A stretch of DNA of 64,000 nt, taken from positions 32,001 to 96,000 of the IMG/VR virus record IMGVR_UViG_3300003316_000301. One strand, 5' to 3'. The notes beneath the pieces were generated by a model, which was not told the DNA's origin, did not search any database, and was given only the letters and a program-made list of their open reading frames with translations. Made by a program: the position numbers and the translations under genes. Below, in pieces: positions 27,331 to 35,908 of the stretch. Every line of letters starts with the position of its first letter. Within the stretch, counting starts at the first letter, position 1. The DNA is from a virus (taxonomy: Duplodnaviria > Caudoviricetes).

Positions 27331-27832
27331 CCGCGCCCTCCTCGTTGAGGAACGCCAGGAACTTGCGGGCGTTCTCGATGACGTGCTCGGCGCTGGGACC
27401 GCCGGTCTGGACGGAGAAGCCGCCCACCGGCACCGTGGCGAGCTTCATGGCGTGGTCGAGCGCGGTATGCCGGTTCTGCTTCTGGCTCCACGTGTCGATA
27501 CGGGGTGCCTCGGCCTCGGTCTCCACGGGCTCGTCCAGGGACGCGTCCACGTCCTCGGTCACGCGCTCCTGCGCGGTCACGCGGTAGGTCTCGGCCTCCT
27601 TGAGCATCTGCTCGGGCGAGATCTTGTTCTCCCCCTCCACGCGGAACGAGGAGGCGTCCTCCGTCACGATCGTGTCCTCATCGACGATCTCGGCCGTGAG
27701 GTCCGCAACACCCTCGATGATCTTCTTGCGCACCACGGCCTCCTTGTGGGTCATGGGGCGGGTGTAACTAGGACCGGGCAGCTCCGCATCCTGGTAGCGC
27801 ACGCGGTACTTCTTCTCAGGGCTGTCGCCCAT
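27323..27832 (-). CDS. Hypothetical protein (RxxAL...AxxFxxFL family)
   Basis: GGAGG RBS. Confidence 0.65.
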   Translation of the reverse strand: MGDSPEKKYRVRYQDAELPGPSYTRPMTHKEAVVRKKIIEGVADLTAEIVDEDTIVTEDASSFRVEGENKISPEQMLKEAETYRVTAQERVTEDVDASLDEPVETEAEAPRIDTWSQKQNRHTALDHAMKLATVPVGGFSVQTGGPSAEHVIENARKFLAFLNEEGAGA

Positions 27833-28112
27833 GGTTCCTCCGGTGAATCGGGAAGAGACGGCCCCAGAAGGTGCCGTCCCGGGTAACGAGGGTGACGAGG
27901 GTGGCGCTGAATGCGTGGATCGCGAACATTACGGCGGCCATCAGAGGGTCCTCGTTCAGCACGGCCGAGCAGGCGAGGAGAACTGATCCCATGGCCACCG
28001 CCACCAGGAGACTGGTGGTCTCGATGATCTTCAGCGCCTTCAAGGTCACGCAGGTCGTCATGAACACGACGGCCATGACCTGCATGGTGTTCGATGCGAG
28101 GTAGAGCGTCAC
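27816..28112 (-). CDS. Membrane protein
   Basis: Three hydrophobic segments; follows promoter repeat. Confidence 0.55.
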   Translation of the reverse strand: MTLYLASNTMQVMAVVFMTTCVTLKALKIIETTSLLVAVAMGSVLLACSAVLNEDPLMAAVMFAIHAFSATLVTLVTRDGTFWGRLFPIHRRNHGRQP

Positions 28113-28150
28113 GCCGGACCTCCTGGTGGTCGTCCCCCTGGCGGACCACC

Positions 28151-28180
28151 ACGCTACCCCAAGAATCCTTGGGGCGACAG
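28151..28180 (-). promoter_or_regulatory. Repeated promoter copy (CTGTCG-18-TAGCGT)
   Basis: Near-perfect palindromic spacer CCCCAAGGATTCTTGGGG. Confidence 0.6.
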
Positions 28181-28205
28181 TCGGCCCGCCGATCCCACCA
28201 GGTTC

Positions 28206-28661
28206 TCAGGCCAGACCGTGCTGCTTCTCCTCCCACAGCGCGGTCTCGATGGGGTCGTAGTGCTCCAGGCTCACCAGGTCGAAGGCGTCCTTCCACATCC
28301 AGGTGAACATGTCGCCCACGGCCGCCGAGGACTCGTCGCCCTTCAGGGCCATCCAGTCGGCCGTCAGGGCCACGAAGACCCCCATGCCGTCCCAGTCGAC
28401 CCTGGTCTCGTGCAGCATCTCCGTGAAGACCTCGGCGTGCTTCGCGGCCAGCCTGGCCACCAGCTCGGCGTCCGGCTTGTCGAAGCCGCAGTCCTCGTGG
28501 AGGAAGTCGTGCCACTGGGAGGTCATGGCGGTGATCGTGAAGTCCTGCTTGGCGTTCGGCAGCTCCACCGTGACCAGCATGTGGCTGATGCTCAGCATGT
28601 TCTGGAGGTTGGTCCACCACTTCATGGCGGAGGGGTCTTCGTTCTTGTCGCAGTCGCACAT
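28206..28661 (-). CDS. Hypothetical protein
   Basis: Start after GACTCCTCAGGAGG motif. Confidence 0.65.
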   Translation of the reverse strand: MCDCDKNEDPSAMKWWTNLQNMLSISHMLVTVELPNAKQDFTITAMTSQWHDFLHEDCGFDKPDAELVARLAAKHAEVFTEMLHETRVDWDGMGVFVALTADWMALKGDESSAAVGDMFTWMWKDAFDLVSLEHYDPIETALWEEKQHGLA

Positions 28662-28666
28662 GGGCA

Positions 28667-28729
28667 CCTCCTGAGGAGTCGCAGGCCCTGACAAGGTCAA
28701 GACTACACCCAGGATCCTTGGAGCGCCAC
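28667..28729 (-). promoter_or_regulatory. Repeated promoter/operator/RBS element
   Basis: Operator spacer, TAGTCT, TTGACCTTGTCAG palindrome, GACTCCTCAGGAGG. Confidence 0.65.
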
Positions 28730-28777
28730 AGCAAAGCGCCCCCGGAGGATCTCCAGGGGCGCTTTGCGCGAGGGCTG

Positions 28778-29185
28778 TTACTCGCCCTCGTGGGCCCGGC
28801 GCATGGCCTCGCCGTAGCCCTCCCAGTTGTCGACGCCTTGCGCCTCCAGCTCGGCCATCTCGCGGGCGCTCTTACGCAGGGCCTTGATGTCCTCCCCGGA
28901 GCCCTTGCTCGCCCCCTCCTGCCAGTCCTCGGCGAGGAGATGGTCCAGGGTGGGGATGAAGGGCAGGAACGTGCCGTCGGCGAGCTTCACCATCAGGTAC
29001 GGCCGGAAGACAGCCACGGTGCCCTCGGGCTCTCCCGTCGCCTCGGCCGTGTTGGCATTCATGGGGATGCCGTCCGGGTAGCCCTTCTGGAGGACGACGT
29101 ACGCCCCCTTGCCCCAGACCGGCCGGGAGACGCGCTTGCCCTGCTTCAGGGCCGCCAGGGCCCAGGAGAAGCTGTGGTCGCTCAC
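28778..29185 (-). CDS. DUF2829 / Tad2-like (Thoeris anti-defence) protein with C-terminal LEAQGVDNWEGY extension
   Basis: FSWALAALKQGKRVSRPVWG...PYLMVKLADG...PTLDHLLAEDW matches the DUF2829 pattern. Confidence 0.75.
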   Translation of the reverse strand: MSDHSFSWALAALKQGKRVSRPVWGKGAYVVLQKGYPDGIPMNANTAEATGEPEGTVAVFRPYLMVKLADGTFLPFIPTLDHLLAEDWQEGASKGSGEDIKALRKSAREMAELEAQGVDNWEGYGEAMRRAHEGE

Positions 29186-29304
29186 TCGTCGTCCTCGTCT
29201 TCCCAGTGGTCGTTGCCGTCGGTGGTCCCGGACCCGCCGTCCGAGTCGCCGTCGTCGTTCTTGTCGTGGCCCTTGAGCAGCCACGGCTTGGGCGCGTTGA
29301 GCAT
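29182..29304 (-). CDS. Acidic microprotein E (40 aa)
   Basis: TGATG overlap upstream, GTGA overlap with the DUF2829 gene. Confidence 0.55.
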   Translation of the reverse strand: MLNAPKPWLLKGHDKNDDGDSDGGSGTTDGNDHWEDEDDE

Positions 29305-29459
29305 CAGCTCGCTCCGTCCTCGTCGTCTTCGTGGTGGTCGTGGTGCGCGTCGTCCAGATGCTGGCCCCGCGTGGTGCCGGAGCCGCCGTTGTCAGCGCCG
29401 TCCTCCGTGCGCCCGTGCTCGGGCTCCACCGGGTCCTTGGGTCCTCCCCAGCCGACCAT
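29304..29459 (-). CDS. Acidic/His microprotein D (51 aa)
   Basis: TGATG overlaps at both ends. Confidence 0.55.
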   Translation of the reverse strand: MVGWGGPKDPVEPEHGRTEDGADNGGSGTTRGQHLDDAHHDHHEDDEDGAS

Positions 29460-29566
29460 CAGCCGATGTCTCCCAGCGACTCGGTGGTCAGGTCGAAGAC
29501 CATGCCGGAGGTGCTGGATTCCTCCTGCGTCTCCTCGGTCTCCGGCTCTTCCTGCTCGGTGCTCAT
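29459..29566 (-). CDS. Acidic microprotein C (35 aa)
   Basis: Strong AAAGGAG RBS; TGATG overlap downstream. Confidence 0.6.
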   Translation of the reverse strand: MSTEQEEPETEETQEESSTSGMVFDLTTESLGDIG

Positions 29567-29576
29567 GTCTCTCCTT

Positions 29577-29684
29577 TCACCACGGCGGGCGGGGGATCGG
29601 GTTGGGCTTGCCCGGAGTGGGCTGCGGACCCGAAGGCCTCGGATTGGGCCTGGGCTGCGGCTGGGGCTTGGGCGGAGCGGTCAT
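29577..29684 (-). CDS. Proline-rich microprotein B (35 aa)
   Basis: TGATG overlap; MTAPPKPQPQPRPNPRPSGPQPTPGKPNPIPRPPW. Confidence 0.5.
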   Translation of the reverse strand: MTAPPKPQPQPRPNPRPSGPQPTPGKPNPIPRPPW

Positions 29685-29833
29685 CACCATCGCGGCCCGT
29701 ACACCTTGTCGGCATCAGGGCCGCTCTCCGCATCGGCCTGGACGACGATGATCTCCGGCGTGGTCTCGGCGCCGATGCAGCCCGAGTCCTCGTCGTCCGG
29801 TACGGACTCTTCCATGGGGTCTTTGTGTGCCAT
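29684..29833 (-). CDS. Acidic microprotein A (49 aa)
   Basis: AAAGGA upstream; CCGCCAGA motif at start. Confidence 0.45.
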   Translation of the reverse strand: MAHKDPMEESVPDDEDSGCIGAETTPEIIVVQADAESGPDADKVYGPRW

Positions 29834-29939
29834 CTGGCGGTTCTCGCTTCCTTTGATTCGAAGGCTCGGGCGTGGATTTCCTCAAGGCCCGGAACCCCCG
29901 TTTTTCCATGATCCACCTTGCAATCGAAGGCGGCTGTAC

Positions 29940-30227
29940 CTATTTCGCCCGAGTTGCCTGAGACGCCACCTTGTGGATCGCCTCCACGAACACCCGGTCC
30001 TTCTCCCGGACCTCCTGGGACAGCTCGCCGAAGGGGACGATGTACCAGTGGTCCGGACGCTTCCTGCTCTGGGCGATGGCCCACACGTCGTGGACGTCGG
30101 CCAGGGTCGTCTCCTCGCCCTTCGTGAGGACGAGCGCGAGGTACAGGTCCATCAGCGGACCGTCCTGCATGAGGTGGCCCAGCTCGTCCACGAGCTGCTT
30201 GCGGGCCGTCTCGATGTAGCTCTGCAT
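29940..30227 (-). CDS. Hypothetical protein, RyR-repeat-like motif
   Basis: VHDVW...HWYIVPFGELSQEVREKD. Confidence 0.6.
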   Translation of the reverse strand: MQSYIETARKQLVDELGHLMQDGPLMDLYLALVLTKGEETTLADVHDVWAIAQSRKRPDHWYIVPFGELSQEVREKDRVFVEAIHKVASQATRAK

Positions 30228-30245
30228 GGCGGGATCTCTCGTTCC

Positions 30246-30710
30246 TCAGTAGCGGCCGTAGAAGGCCCGGGGACTGCCCGCCGTGTAGTAGCGGATCTGG
30301 TGGAAGCCGACCTTCTTGCCGGGCTTGGGGGCGTCCAGCATCCAGCCGTGCCCGTCCCAGAAGCCCGCGTAGATCCCCGCGTGGTAGATCGAGCCGGAAC
30401 TGTTGCCGATGAAGATCAGGTCGCCCGGCTTGCGGTGCGAGGGCGAGACCTTCTTCGTGGAGTTGTACTGCGACTGCGCCACACGCGGGATCTTCTTGCC
30501 GACCTTCTTGTACGAGTACTGGACCAGGCCCGAGCAGTCGAACCTGTCAGGACCGGCCGCGCCGTACTTGTACGGGTCGCCGATCTGCTTCTTGGCCACG
30601 TCCATGGCCCTCGTACTGAGCGAGGGGGCCGCGTGCGCATCCGGCGCTAGGCCCACGGTCGCGGTGAAGCCGACGAGCGCGGCCAGGGAGAACTTCAGCG
30701 TGTTGTGCAT
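30246..30710 (-). CDS. Secreted NlpC/P60 (C40) peptidoglycan endopeptidase
   Basis: Signal peptide (AHA); GDPYKYGAAGPDRFDCSGLV, PGDLIF, HAGIYAG. Confidence 0.9.
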   Translation of the reverse strand: MHNTLKFSLAALVGFTATVGLAPDAHAAPSLSTRAMDVAKKQIGDPYKYGAAGPDRFDCSGLVQYSYKKVGKKIPRVAQSQYNSTKKVSPSHRKPGDLIFIGNSSGSIYHAGIYAGFWDGHGWMLDAPKPGKKVGFHQIRYYTAGSPRAFYGRY

Positions 30711-30805
30711 GGTGGATCTCCTGACGTCGTGTCCGAACGGGGGCTGTAGTACAGCACCAGCCCCCGCATGATCGTGCGTTTCGGAGCGTGAATGTGAGCT
30801 TTCGC

Positions 30806-31120
30806 TCAGTGCTGCGGGCCCCTGAGGTAGACCTCGAACTCATGGGCGAACCTCAGGGTCTGAGTCGCAACGCCCGTCCCCACCCCGCTGCTCGTGACTA
30901 CCGCAGCGGCCCTGAGGGCCTCTCTGCGGATCTCGTAGTCGCTCGGCGGCTCAGGAGCCCAGTGACGCACTGCGGAGCCGTCCTGCGGCCCCTGGAAGGT
31001 CACGGTGACCTTCTCGGCGCCCTCGGGGACATGCGGCAGGACGACCTTGCCGGTCACCGGGCCGTCGAAGACCCGGCCGCGCATGTCCACGTGGTCTCCC
31101 CCGTACGCGGCCCCGCTCAC
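30806..31120 (-). CDS. Hypothetical protein (RxxAL...AxxFxxYL family)
   Basis: GTGA overlap. Confidence 0.55.
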   Translation of the reverse strand: MSGAAYGGDHVDMRGRVFDGPVTGKVVLPHVPEGAEKVTVTFQGPQDGSAVRHWAPEPPSDYEIRREALRAAAVVTSSGVGTGVATQTLRFAHEFEVYLRGPQH

Positions 31121-31440
31121 CGGCGGAACGGCTTCAGGGAGCGCTCGATCTCGGTCCGGGTCGGCTTCTTGCCGTCCGCGACCCACTTGCCCATGAGGGC
31201 CGCGAGACCGAACAGGTGGCCGACGGCCTCCGCGCCCAGCTCGTCCTGGCCTCCCACCATCGGAGCCGTCCACGCCACGGCGAGCCGCAGGCTCTCCAGG
31301 CGGGCGTACCTGAAGTCCTCCTCCTCCATGCGGGCGCGCTGCTCGGGGGTGATCTCCGGCAGGAGAGCGATGCCCGCCGCGTCGGCGGTCTGCTTCTCCT
31401 CGTCGGTCGGCGCCTCGTACTCGATCGTGTCCTCGGACAT
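31117..31440 (-). CDS. Hypothetical protein
   Basis: GAGGAGG RBS. Confidence 0.65.
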   Translation of the reverse strand: MSEDTIEYEAPTDEEKQTADAAGIALLPEITPEQRARMEEEDFRYARLESLRLAVAWTAPMVGGQDELGAEAVGHLFGLAALMGKWVADGKKPTRTEIERSLKPFRR

Positions 31441-31481
31441 ATGTCCTCCTCGTTCTCGGTGCTGACGGGTGGTGCGGGCCG

Positions 31482-31784
31482 CTACTCGGCGGCCCTGATG
31501 ATGCGGCGCGTGTCCTCGACGATCCGGCGGAAGCGGGACTCGGCCATGGGCTGGCCGGTGGCCAGGTAGCTCTCGAAGACCATGGCCTTGGCCACCACCA
31601 CAGGCGCCGGGGCCTCGGTGTCGCTCGCCCTGATCGCGTACTCCAGCGCCATGTGGCGCTGGGCCATGGCCTCCTTGCGGGCGTTGCGCGCCTCGCGCTC
31701 CTTCTCCAGCTCGGCCAGCCGGATCTTGCGCTCCTCGTCGGTCGCGCCGTCGGAGCGCTCCACGCTCGCCATGTTCTCGCTCAT
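31482..31784 (-). CDS. Hypothetical protein (RxxAL...AxxFxxYL family)
   Basis: Coiled-coil plus family motif. Confidence 0.6.
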   Translation of the reverse strand: MSENMASVERSDGATDEERKIRLAELEKEREARNARKEAMAQRHMALEYAIRASDTEAPAPVVVAKAMVFESYLATGQPMAESRFRRIVEDTRRIIRAAE

Positions 31785-31790
31785 GAGCGA

Positions 31791-32201
31791 TCAGCCCTTC
31801 TCGTCGCCCTCAGGGCGCGTGTGCTCGATGTCGGAAAGGACGGTGTCCTCCGGGTAGGTCCAGGCGCCCACGAGGTCCTCGGCGGGCTCCTGGTCGGCCG
31901 CACGGGCCTCCTGCATCTGGGTGCCGATACGGGCCACCGCTCCCACCAGGTCGGCCAGCGGGCCCGCGACGAGCGTCCCGTGCTGCTGGAGCTGCTGGGC
32001 GATGGCCGCCAGCGCTCCCACGCGGGCCAGCTCGGTGTGCTGGGAGGCGAGCTTGAAGGCCGTGTTCGGGCCGATGTGCTCGTCCTGCTTGGGCGTGGCC
32101 CGCTCGATGTAGCGCATGGCCGCGTTCAGGTGGTGGTTCAGGAACTCGAACCCCGTGGTGAACGTGGGGGCCTGCGGCTGCTCGGGCTGCTGCTCGGTCA
32201 C
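31791..32201 (-). CDS. Hypothetical protein
   Basis: AAGGAG RBS before GTG. Confidence 0.6.
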   Translation of the reverse strand: MTEQQPEQPQAPTFTTGFEFLNHHLNAAMRYIERATPKQDEHIGPNTAFKLASQHTELARVGALAAIAQQLQQHGTLVAGPLADLVGAVARIGTQMQEARAADQEPAEDLVGAWTYPEDTVLSDIEHTRPEGDEKG

Positions 32202-32218
32202 GTACTGCTCCTTGATCT

Positions 32219-32608
32219 TCAGAGGGATGCGGAGACCATGTCGGCCGCCGTGTCGCCGTACTCCTCGCGGATGACGTCGACCCACAGCTCCTGCATGCGG
32301 GGGATGTCCAGGTCCATGCAGGCGATCACGGCGTCCGGCCCGATCTCGGTGGTGTCGGTGCCGTTCAGGCCGTCCTCGAAGGAGGAGATCGCGTAGGGAC
32401 GGATCGTGGACTTGCAGAGCATCTCCGAGGGGCTCAGCGTGTCGCCCTCGTCGGGCGTGACGCTCACCGTGTCCACGGAGGGCTCTGCCGGGGCGCTGAC
32501 GGCCTCGTTGGTGACGTCGCGTCCCGTGGAGCCCTTGTCGCCCTCACAGGCGCTCAGAGAGCCGCTCAGGGCCACGACGAGGGCGAGGGTCAGAACGGTC
32601 TTGCGCAT
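32219..32608 (-). CDS. Lipoprotein
   Basis: MRKTVLTLALVVALSGSLSAC lipobox; GACTCCCTGGGAGG RBS motif. Confidence 0.7.
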   Translation of the reverse strand: MRKTVLTLALVVALSGSLSACEGDKGSTGRDVTNEAVSAPAEPSVDTVSVTPDEGDTLSPSEMLCKSTIRPYAISSFEDGLNGTDTTEIGPDAVIACMDLDIPRMQELWVDVIREEYGDTAADMVSASL

Positions 32609-32694
32609 AGGGCCTCCCAGGGAGTCGGCGGGGTCTCTCACTGCCTCAGGCCCCGCTCCCTGGTGGGAGACGGGGCCGGGCGGGGAGGGGAGGA

Positions 32695-33357
32695 CTAGCG
32701 CAGGTGGGCCTGGGCGTTGGCGATGGCGCGGCAGGTGACCAGGTCGAACTCCTCGTTGGTCAGCTCCAGCGCGTCCTTGAGGGCCTTCTCGTCGGCGGGG
32801 AAGTCCGTGCGCTCCACGCGCTCCGTGTCGATCCAGCGGAGCTTGTCCTCGCCCGGGACCTGGATACCCGCGACGTGGCCGGGGCCGTAGGAGGACTTCA
32901 TCACGCGCATCACGTAGCCGACGACGCCCTTGTTCTTGCCGCGCGTGGTGAGGGACTTGACCTCCACGCCGGTCTTCAGCTCCTTCAGGGCTTCGAGCTT
33001 CTCGGCCTGGAGCTGCTCCTCGTACAGGCCCAGAAGCCGGTCGGCCTCCCAGGCGACCGCCTTGGCGCGGATCTCCTCGCTCGCGTCCACCTTGGCGCCG
33101 TTGTGGTAGGTCCAGCCGCGCGTGGTGGCGTAGGTGACCTTCTTGACGCTCTGGGTCTCCTCGTCCCACACCATGGCGTAGAAGTCGCTGTCGTCGTACC
33201 AGTTGTGCTCACCGAGGCGGAGCACCATGCCCTCGTACGTCGTCTCGTGCGCCAGCTCGCAGTGGTGGGCGAAGCCCTCGGCGGTGCCGCCGAACTTGTT
33301 CGGGTCGTAGTTCTCGCCGATGCCAGCGTTCGGGTTCGAGCACTCGGTGATCGCCAT
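32695..33357 (-). CDS. Hypothetical protein
   Basis: First gene after promoter repeat. Confidence 0.7.
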   Translation of the reverse strand: MAITECSNPNAGIGENYDPNKFGGTAEGFAHHCELAHETTYEGMVLRLGEHNWYDDSDFYAMVWDEETQSVKKVTYATTRGWTYHNGAKVDASEEIRAKAVAWEADRLLGLYEEQLQAEKLEALKELKTGVEVKSLTTRGKNKGVVGYVMRVMKSSYGPGHVAGIQVPGEDKLRWIDTERVERTDFPADEKALKDALELTNEEFDLVTCRAIANAQAHLR

Positions 33358-33362
33358 AAGGG

Positions 33363-33437
33363 CCTCCTGGGGAGTCGGTGTCCGGGGTGCTTCCCCCTGA
33401 CAACGTCAACACTACACCCAGGATTGTTGGAGCGCAA
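33363..33437 (-). promoter_or_regulatory. Repeated promoter/operator/RBS element (TTGCGC-17-TAGTGT)
   Basis: All sub-motifs present. Confidence 0.7.
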
Positions 33438-33506
33438 CACGAAGCCCCCACCGTTTTTAAACTCGGTGAGGGCTTGACGTGCTCGCGAAGGGCCGGAGAC
33501 GGGAGG

Positions 33507-33704
33507 CTAGTCCGCTCCGCGCTCCTGCGCCAACAGGCGCAACATCTCGGCGGACTGCTCCACCAGCATCACCAGTGCGTGAGCGATGACGATACCGACC
33601 ATCTCTTCCTCGGTGGGGGCCATGAGCTTTTCAAGGGTCTGCTCCAGCAGCTCCTTCAGCTCCTGGGGAGACTCAGGAGTCTCTGGCACTTCCTCGCTGT
33701 TCAC
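33507..33704 (-). CDS. Small hypothetical protein
   Basis: GTGA overlap. Confidence 0.5.
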   Translation of the reverse strand: MNSEEVPETPESPQELKELLEQTLEKLMAPTEEEMVGIVIAHALVMLVEQSAEMLRLLAQERGAD

Positions 33705-34075
33705 CACAGTCCTCTCATGCGTCCGTACTCGTACGCCGCTGAGCGCCTCTCTGCGGGGCTCAGGGACTCGCAGGGCTCCACAGGGCCACGGAGGTCCTGC
33801 TGGGCGTCCATGGCCACCGCGCAGGCCCATATGCGGCGCTCCTCCTCGGGCCGCCCCATGTGCTCGATCACGATGGAGAAGCCCGCCCATCCCAGCAGAC
33901 CGCACACCGTGCAGATGATCGCCCACCGCATGATCGAGAGCTTGAGGCGCAGGTGCCTGATCTCCCGCACGGCGGTCACCGTGGGGCTCTCGGTCTTCCC
34001 CCGGGGCCGCACGCGGGACGAGGGCCACAGGTCGTCCTCGGTGGTCTTGGTGCGCCCTGTGGGTCCGAGGTGCAT
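33701..34075 (-). CDS. Membrane protein
   Basis: One TM; overlaps neighbours. Confidence 0.55.
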   Translation of the reverse strand: MHLGPTGRTKTTEDDLWPSSRVRPRGKTESPTVTAVREIRHLRLKLSIMRWAIICTVCGLLGWAGFSIVIEHMGRPEEERRIWACAVAMDAQQDLRGPVEPCESLSPAERRSAAYEYGRMRGLW

Positions 34076-34200
34076 CACGACCACCAGATGGAGATCAGGC
34101 CCAGCACGACTCCGGCCACGGCCGTGACGACCGCTCCCACCGTGAGGAACTTCTGGACGCCGGGCATGTAGTCCCAGGCCTCCTTGAACGCGCCTCTCAT
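34075..34200 (-). CDS. 41-aa membrane peptide coupled to the GT2 gene
   Basis: ATGA overlap with GT2 stop. Confidence 0.45.
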   Translation of the reverse strand: MRGAFKEAWDYMPGVQKFLTVGAVVTAVAGVVLGLISIWWS

Positions 34201-35645
34201 GCGGGCACCGCATCCTTCGGCTCGATCTTCATGCCGACCTCCACGCCGCTGTCCCTCGTGCCCCACTTGCCGATCTTCCAGCACGTGAACAGGGCGTAGA
34301 AGTACATAGGCCGCAGGATCAGCAGACGCCAGATCGCGGTGACCGGCGAGGTGATGAACAGAGCCCAGCGGAACCACGCAGGCTCGTCACTGCGGTCGAT
34401 GGAGAAGAACCTCAGAGCGATCACGTAGTTCACCCCCAGGCCGACCCACATGGTGCTCCACACCAGATCCATCAGGTCTCCGGGGCGCGTCTGCTGCACC
34501 AGGGCCACAGGGATCACCAGGCTCAGGATGAGCTGGGTCAGCTCCATCACCGGCATCCAGAACGTGATGCTCGTGATCCGCATGTACTTGAACCACCAGA
34601 ACGTGCGGACGAACGTGCCCCGCATCCAGCGGAACTGCTGATTGAGGTAATGCTGGACCTTGTTGGGCACGAGGGTGAAGCACACGGACGAGGGCTGGTG
34701 CACGGCCTTGCCGTGGCCGTCCTCGGCCAGCAGGGCGTACATGGTCATGAGCGAGTCGTCGTTCATCTGCATGGGCTTGCCCCGGAAGCGCTCGTTCTCG
34801 TAGACCCCGAGGTACTTCAGCAGCGTGTCCGTGCGGTAGAAGGCCAGCGTGCCGCTGTTGACCATCACGCGCTTCAGGACGCTCTGAGCGCTCCGCAGAC
34901 CCCGGGTGAACGGCAGATACAGCATGCTCGTCATGAACGTCAGCACGTTGTCCCGGCTGTTGAGCACCACCACGTGCCCGGCGACACTGTGGACCCTGGG
35001 ATCGCTGAAGGGCTTCAGGCCCTCCTCCACCGCCTTGCGGTCCAGCACCGAGTCCGAGTCCAGGGTCATGAAGATCTCGCTGCGCCCTGAGCCCTTGAGC
35101 AGAGCCGCCTCCCGCCTCAGGGAGTTGGCCTGGGCGTGGCGCTTGCCCTGGTTCACCTGGCGGTCCCACACCCCGTGGATGCCCAGGCGCTTGGTCTCGG
35201 TGAGGAACCACCGGCGGATCTCGGCGTAGTCGATGACGCGGTCGGTCGCCTTGTCCTTCGACCCGTCGTCCACCACGTAGATGCGGTTGGGGCGCCGGGC
35301 CTGGTCGAACAGGCTCTGGATGCAGAGCCTCAGGGCGCTCTCGTCCTCGTTGTACGCCGGGATCTGCACGGCCACATAGAGCAGGTCCAACTGGGCCTGC
35401 TGGCGGGGTGTGGCCTTCACGGGCCTCTCCAGCCACGCCAGGGGCACCCACCACAGGAGCAGGAAGCTCAGGGCCCATGCGGTGGCCAGCCGGTTGCCGT
35501 GGCCGTCGAAGGCCTGCATGACCGCGAGGGCGTGCCATACGCCCCAGGCCACGAAGGCGATGAGAGGAAGCAGTCCCAGCAGAGCGATACGGGACATGCC
35601 CGCGAACTCGGAAGTGGGAATGCTGGACTGGCGGGATCTCGTCAT
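34197..35645 (-). CDS. Processive GT2 glycosyltransferase (hyaluronan synthase/NodC-like)
   Basis: IPAYNE, VVDDGS, NQGKRHA, LDSDS, NDD acceptor motif, QQFRW (QxxRW), KWGTR; N- and C-terminal TMs. Confidence 0.9.
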   Translation of the reverse strand: MTRSRQSSIPTSEFAGMSRIALLGLLPLIAFVAWGVWHALAVMQAFDGHGNRLATAWALSFLLLWWVPLAWLERPVKATPRQQAQLDLLYVAVQIPAYNEDESALRLCIQSLFDQARRPNRIYVVDDGSKDKATDRVIDYAEIRRWFLTETKRLGIHGVWDRQVNQGKRHAQANSLRREAALLKGSGRSEIFMTLDSDSVLDRKAVEEGLKPFSDPRVHSVAGHVVVLNSRDNVLTFMTSMLYLPFTRGLRSAQSVLKRVMVNSGTLAFYRTDTLLKYLGVYENERFRGKPMQMNDDSLMTMYALLAEDGHGKAVHQPSSVCFTLVPNKVQHYLNQQFRWMRGTFVRTFWWFKYMRITSITFWMPVMELTQLILSLVIPVALVQQTRPGDLMDLVWSTMWVGLGVNYVIALRFFSIDRSDEPAWFRWALFITSPVTAIWRLLILRPMYFYALFTCWKIGKWGTRDSGVEVGMKIEPKDAVPA

Positions 35646-35647
35646 GC

Positions 35648-35809
35648 TCAGACCTCCTGCGGACTCTTGCCGCGCCGGAAGGCGAAGCGGATGACGAGGG
35701 CACCGGCGACGACGAGACCTGCGGCGATGCCGACGATCTGCATCTGGTCGAAAGCGATGCCGAAGATGCTGACGGTGGCTCCGGTGCTGGCCATGGATCC
35801 GTAACCCAT
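35648..35809 (-). CDS. 53-aa peptide resembling a sortase sorting signal
   Basis: MASTG + TM + RRGK tail; TAGGAGG RBS. Confidence 0.6.
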   Translation of the reverse strand: MGYGSMASTGATVSIFGIAFDQMQIVGIAAGLVVAGALVIRFAFRRGKSPQEV

Positions 35810-35869
35810 GAGAGACCTCCTAAGGGTCTGTGGCGGGATGAATGAACCGAACAGGGCATATGCCTTGCC

Positions 35870-35908
35870 GTTGACGCTGTCAGGGCCATGCTACAGGAAT
35901 TCCTGTAG
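35870..35908. promoter_or_regulatory. Perfect operator-like palindrome upstream of the GT2 unit
   Basis: CTACAGGAATTCCTGTAG (35891-35908) plus TTGACGCTGTCAG. Confidence 0.6.
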
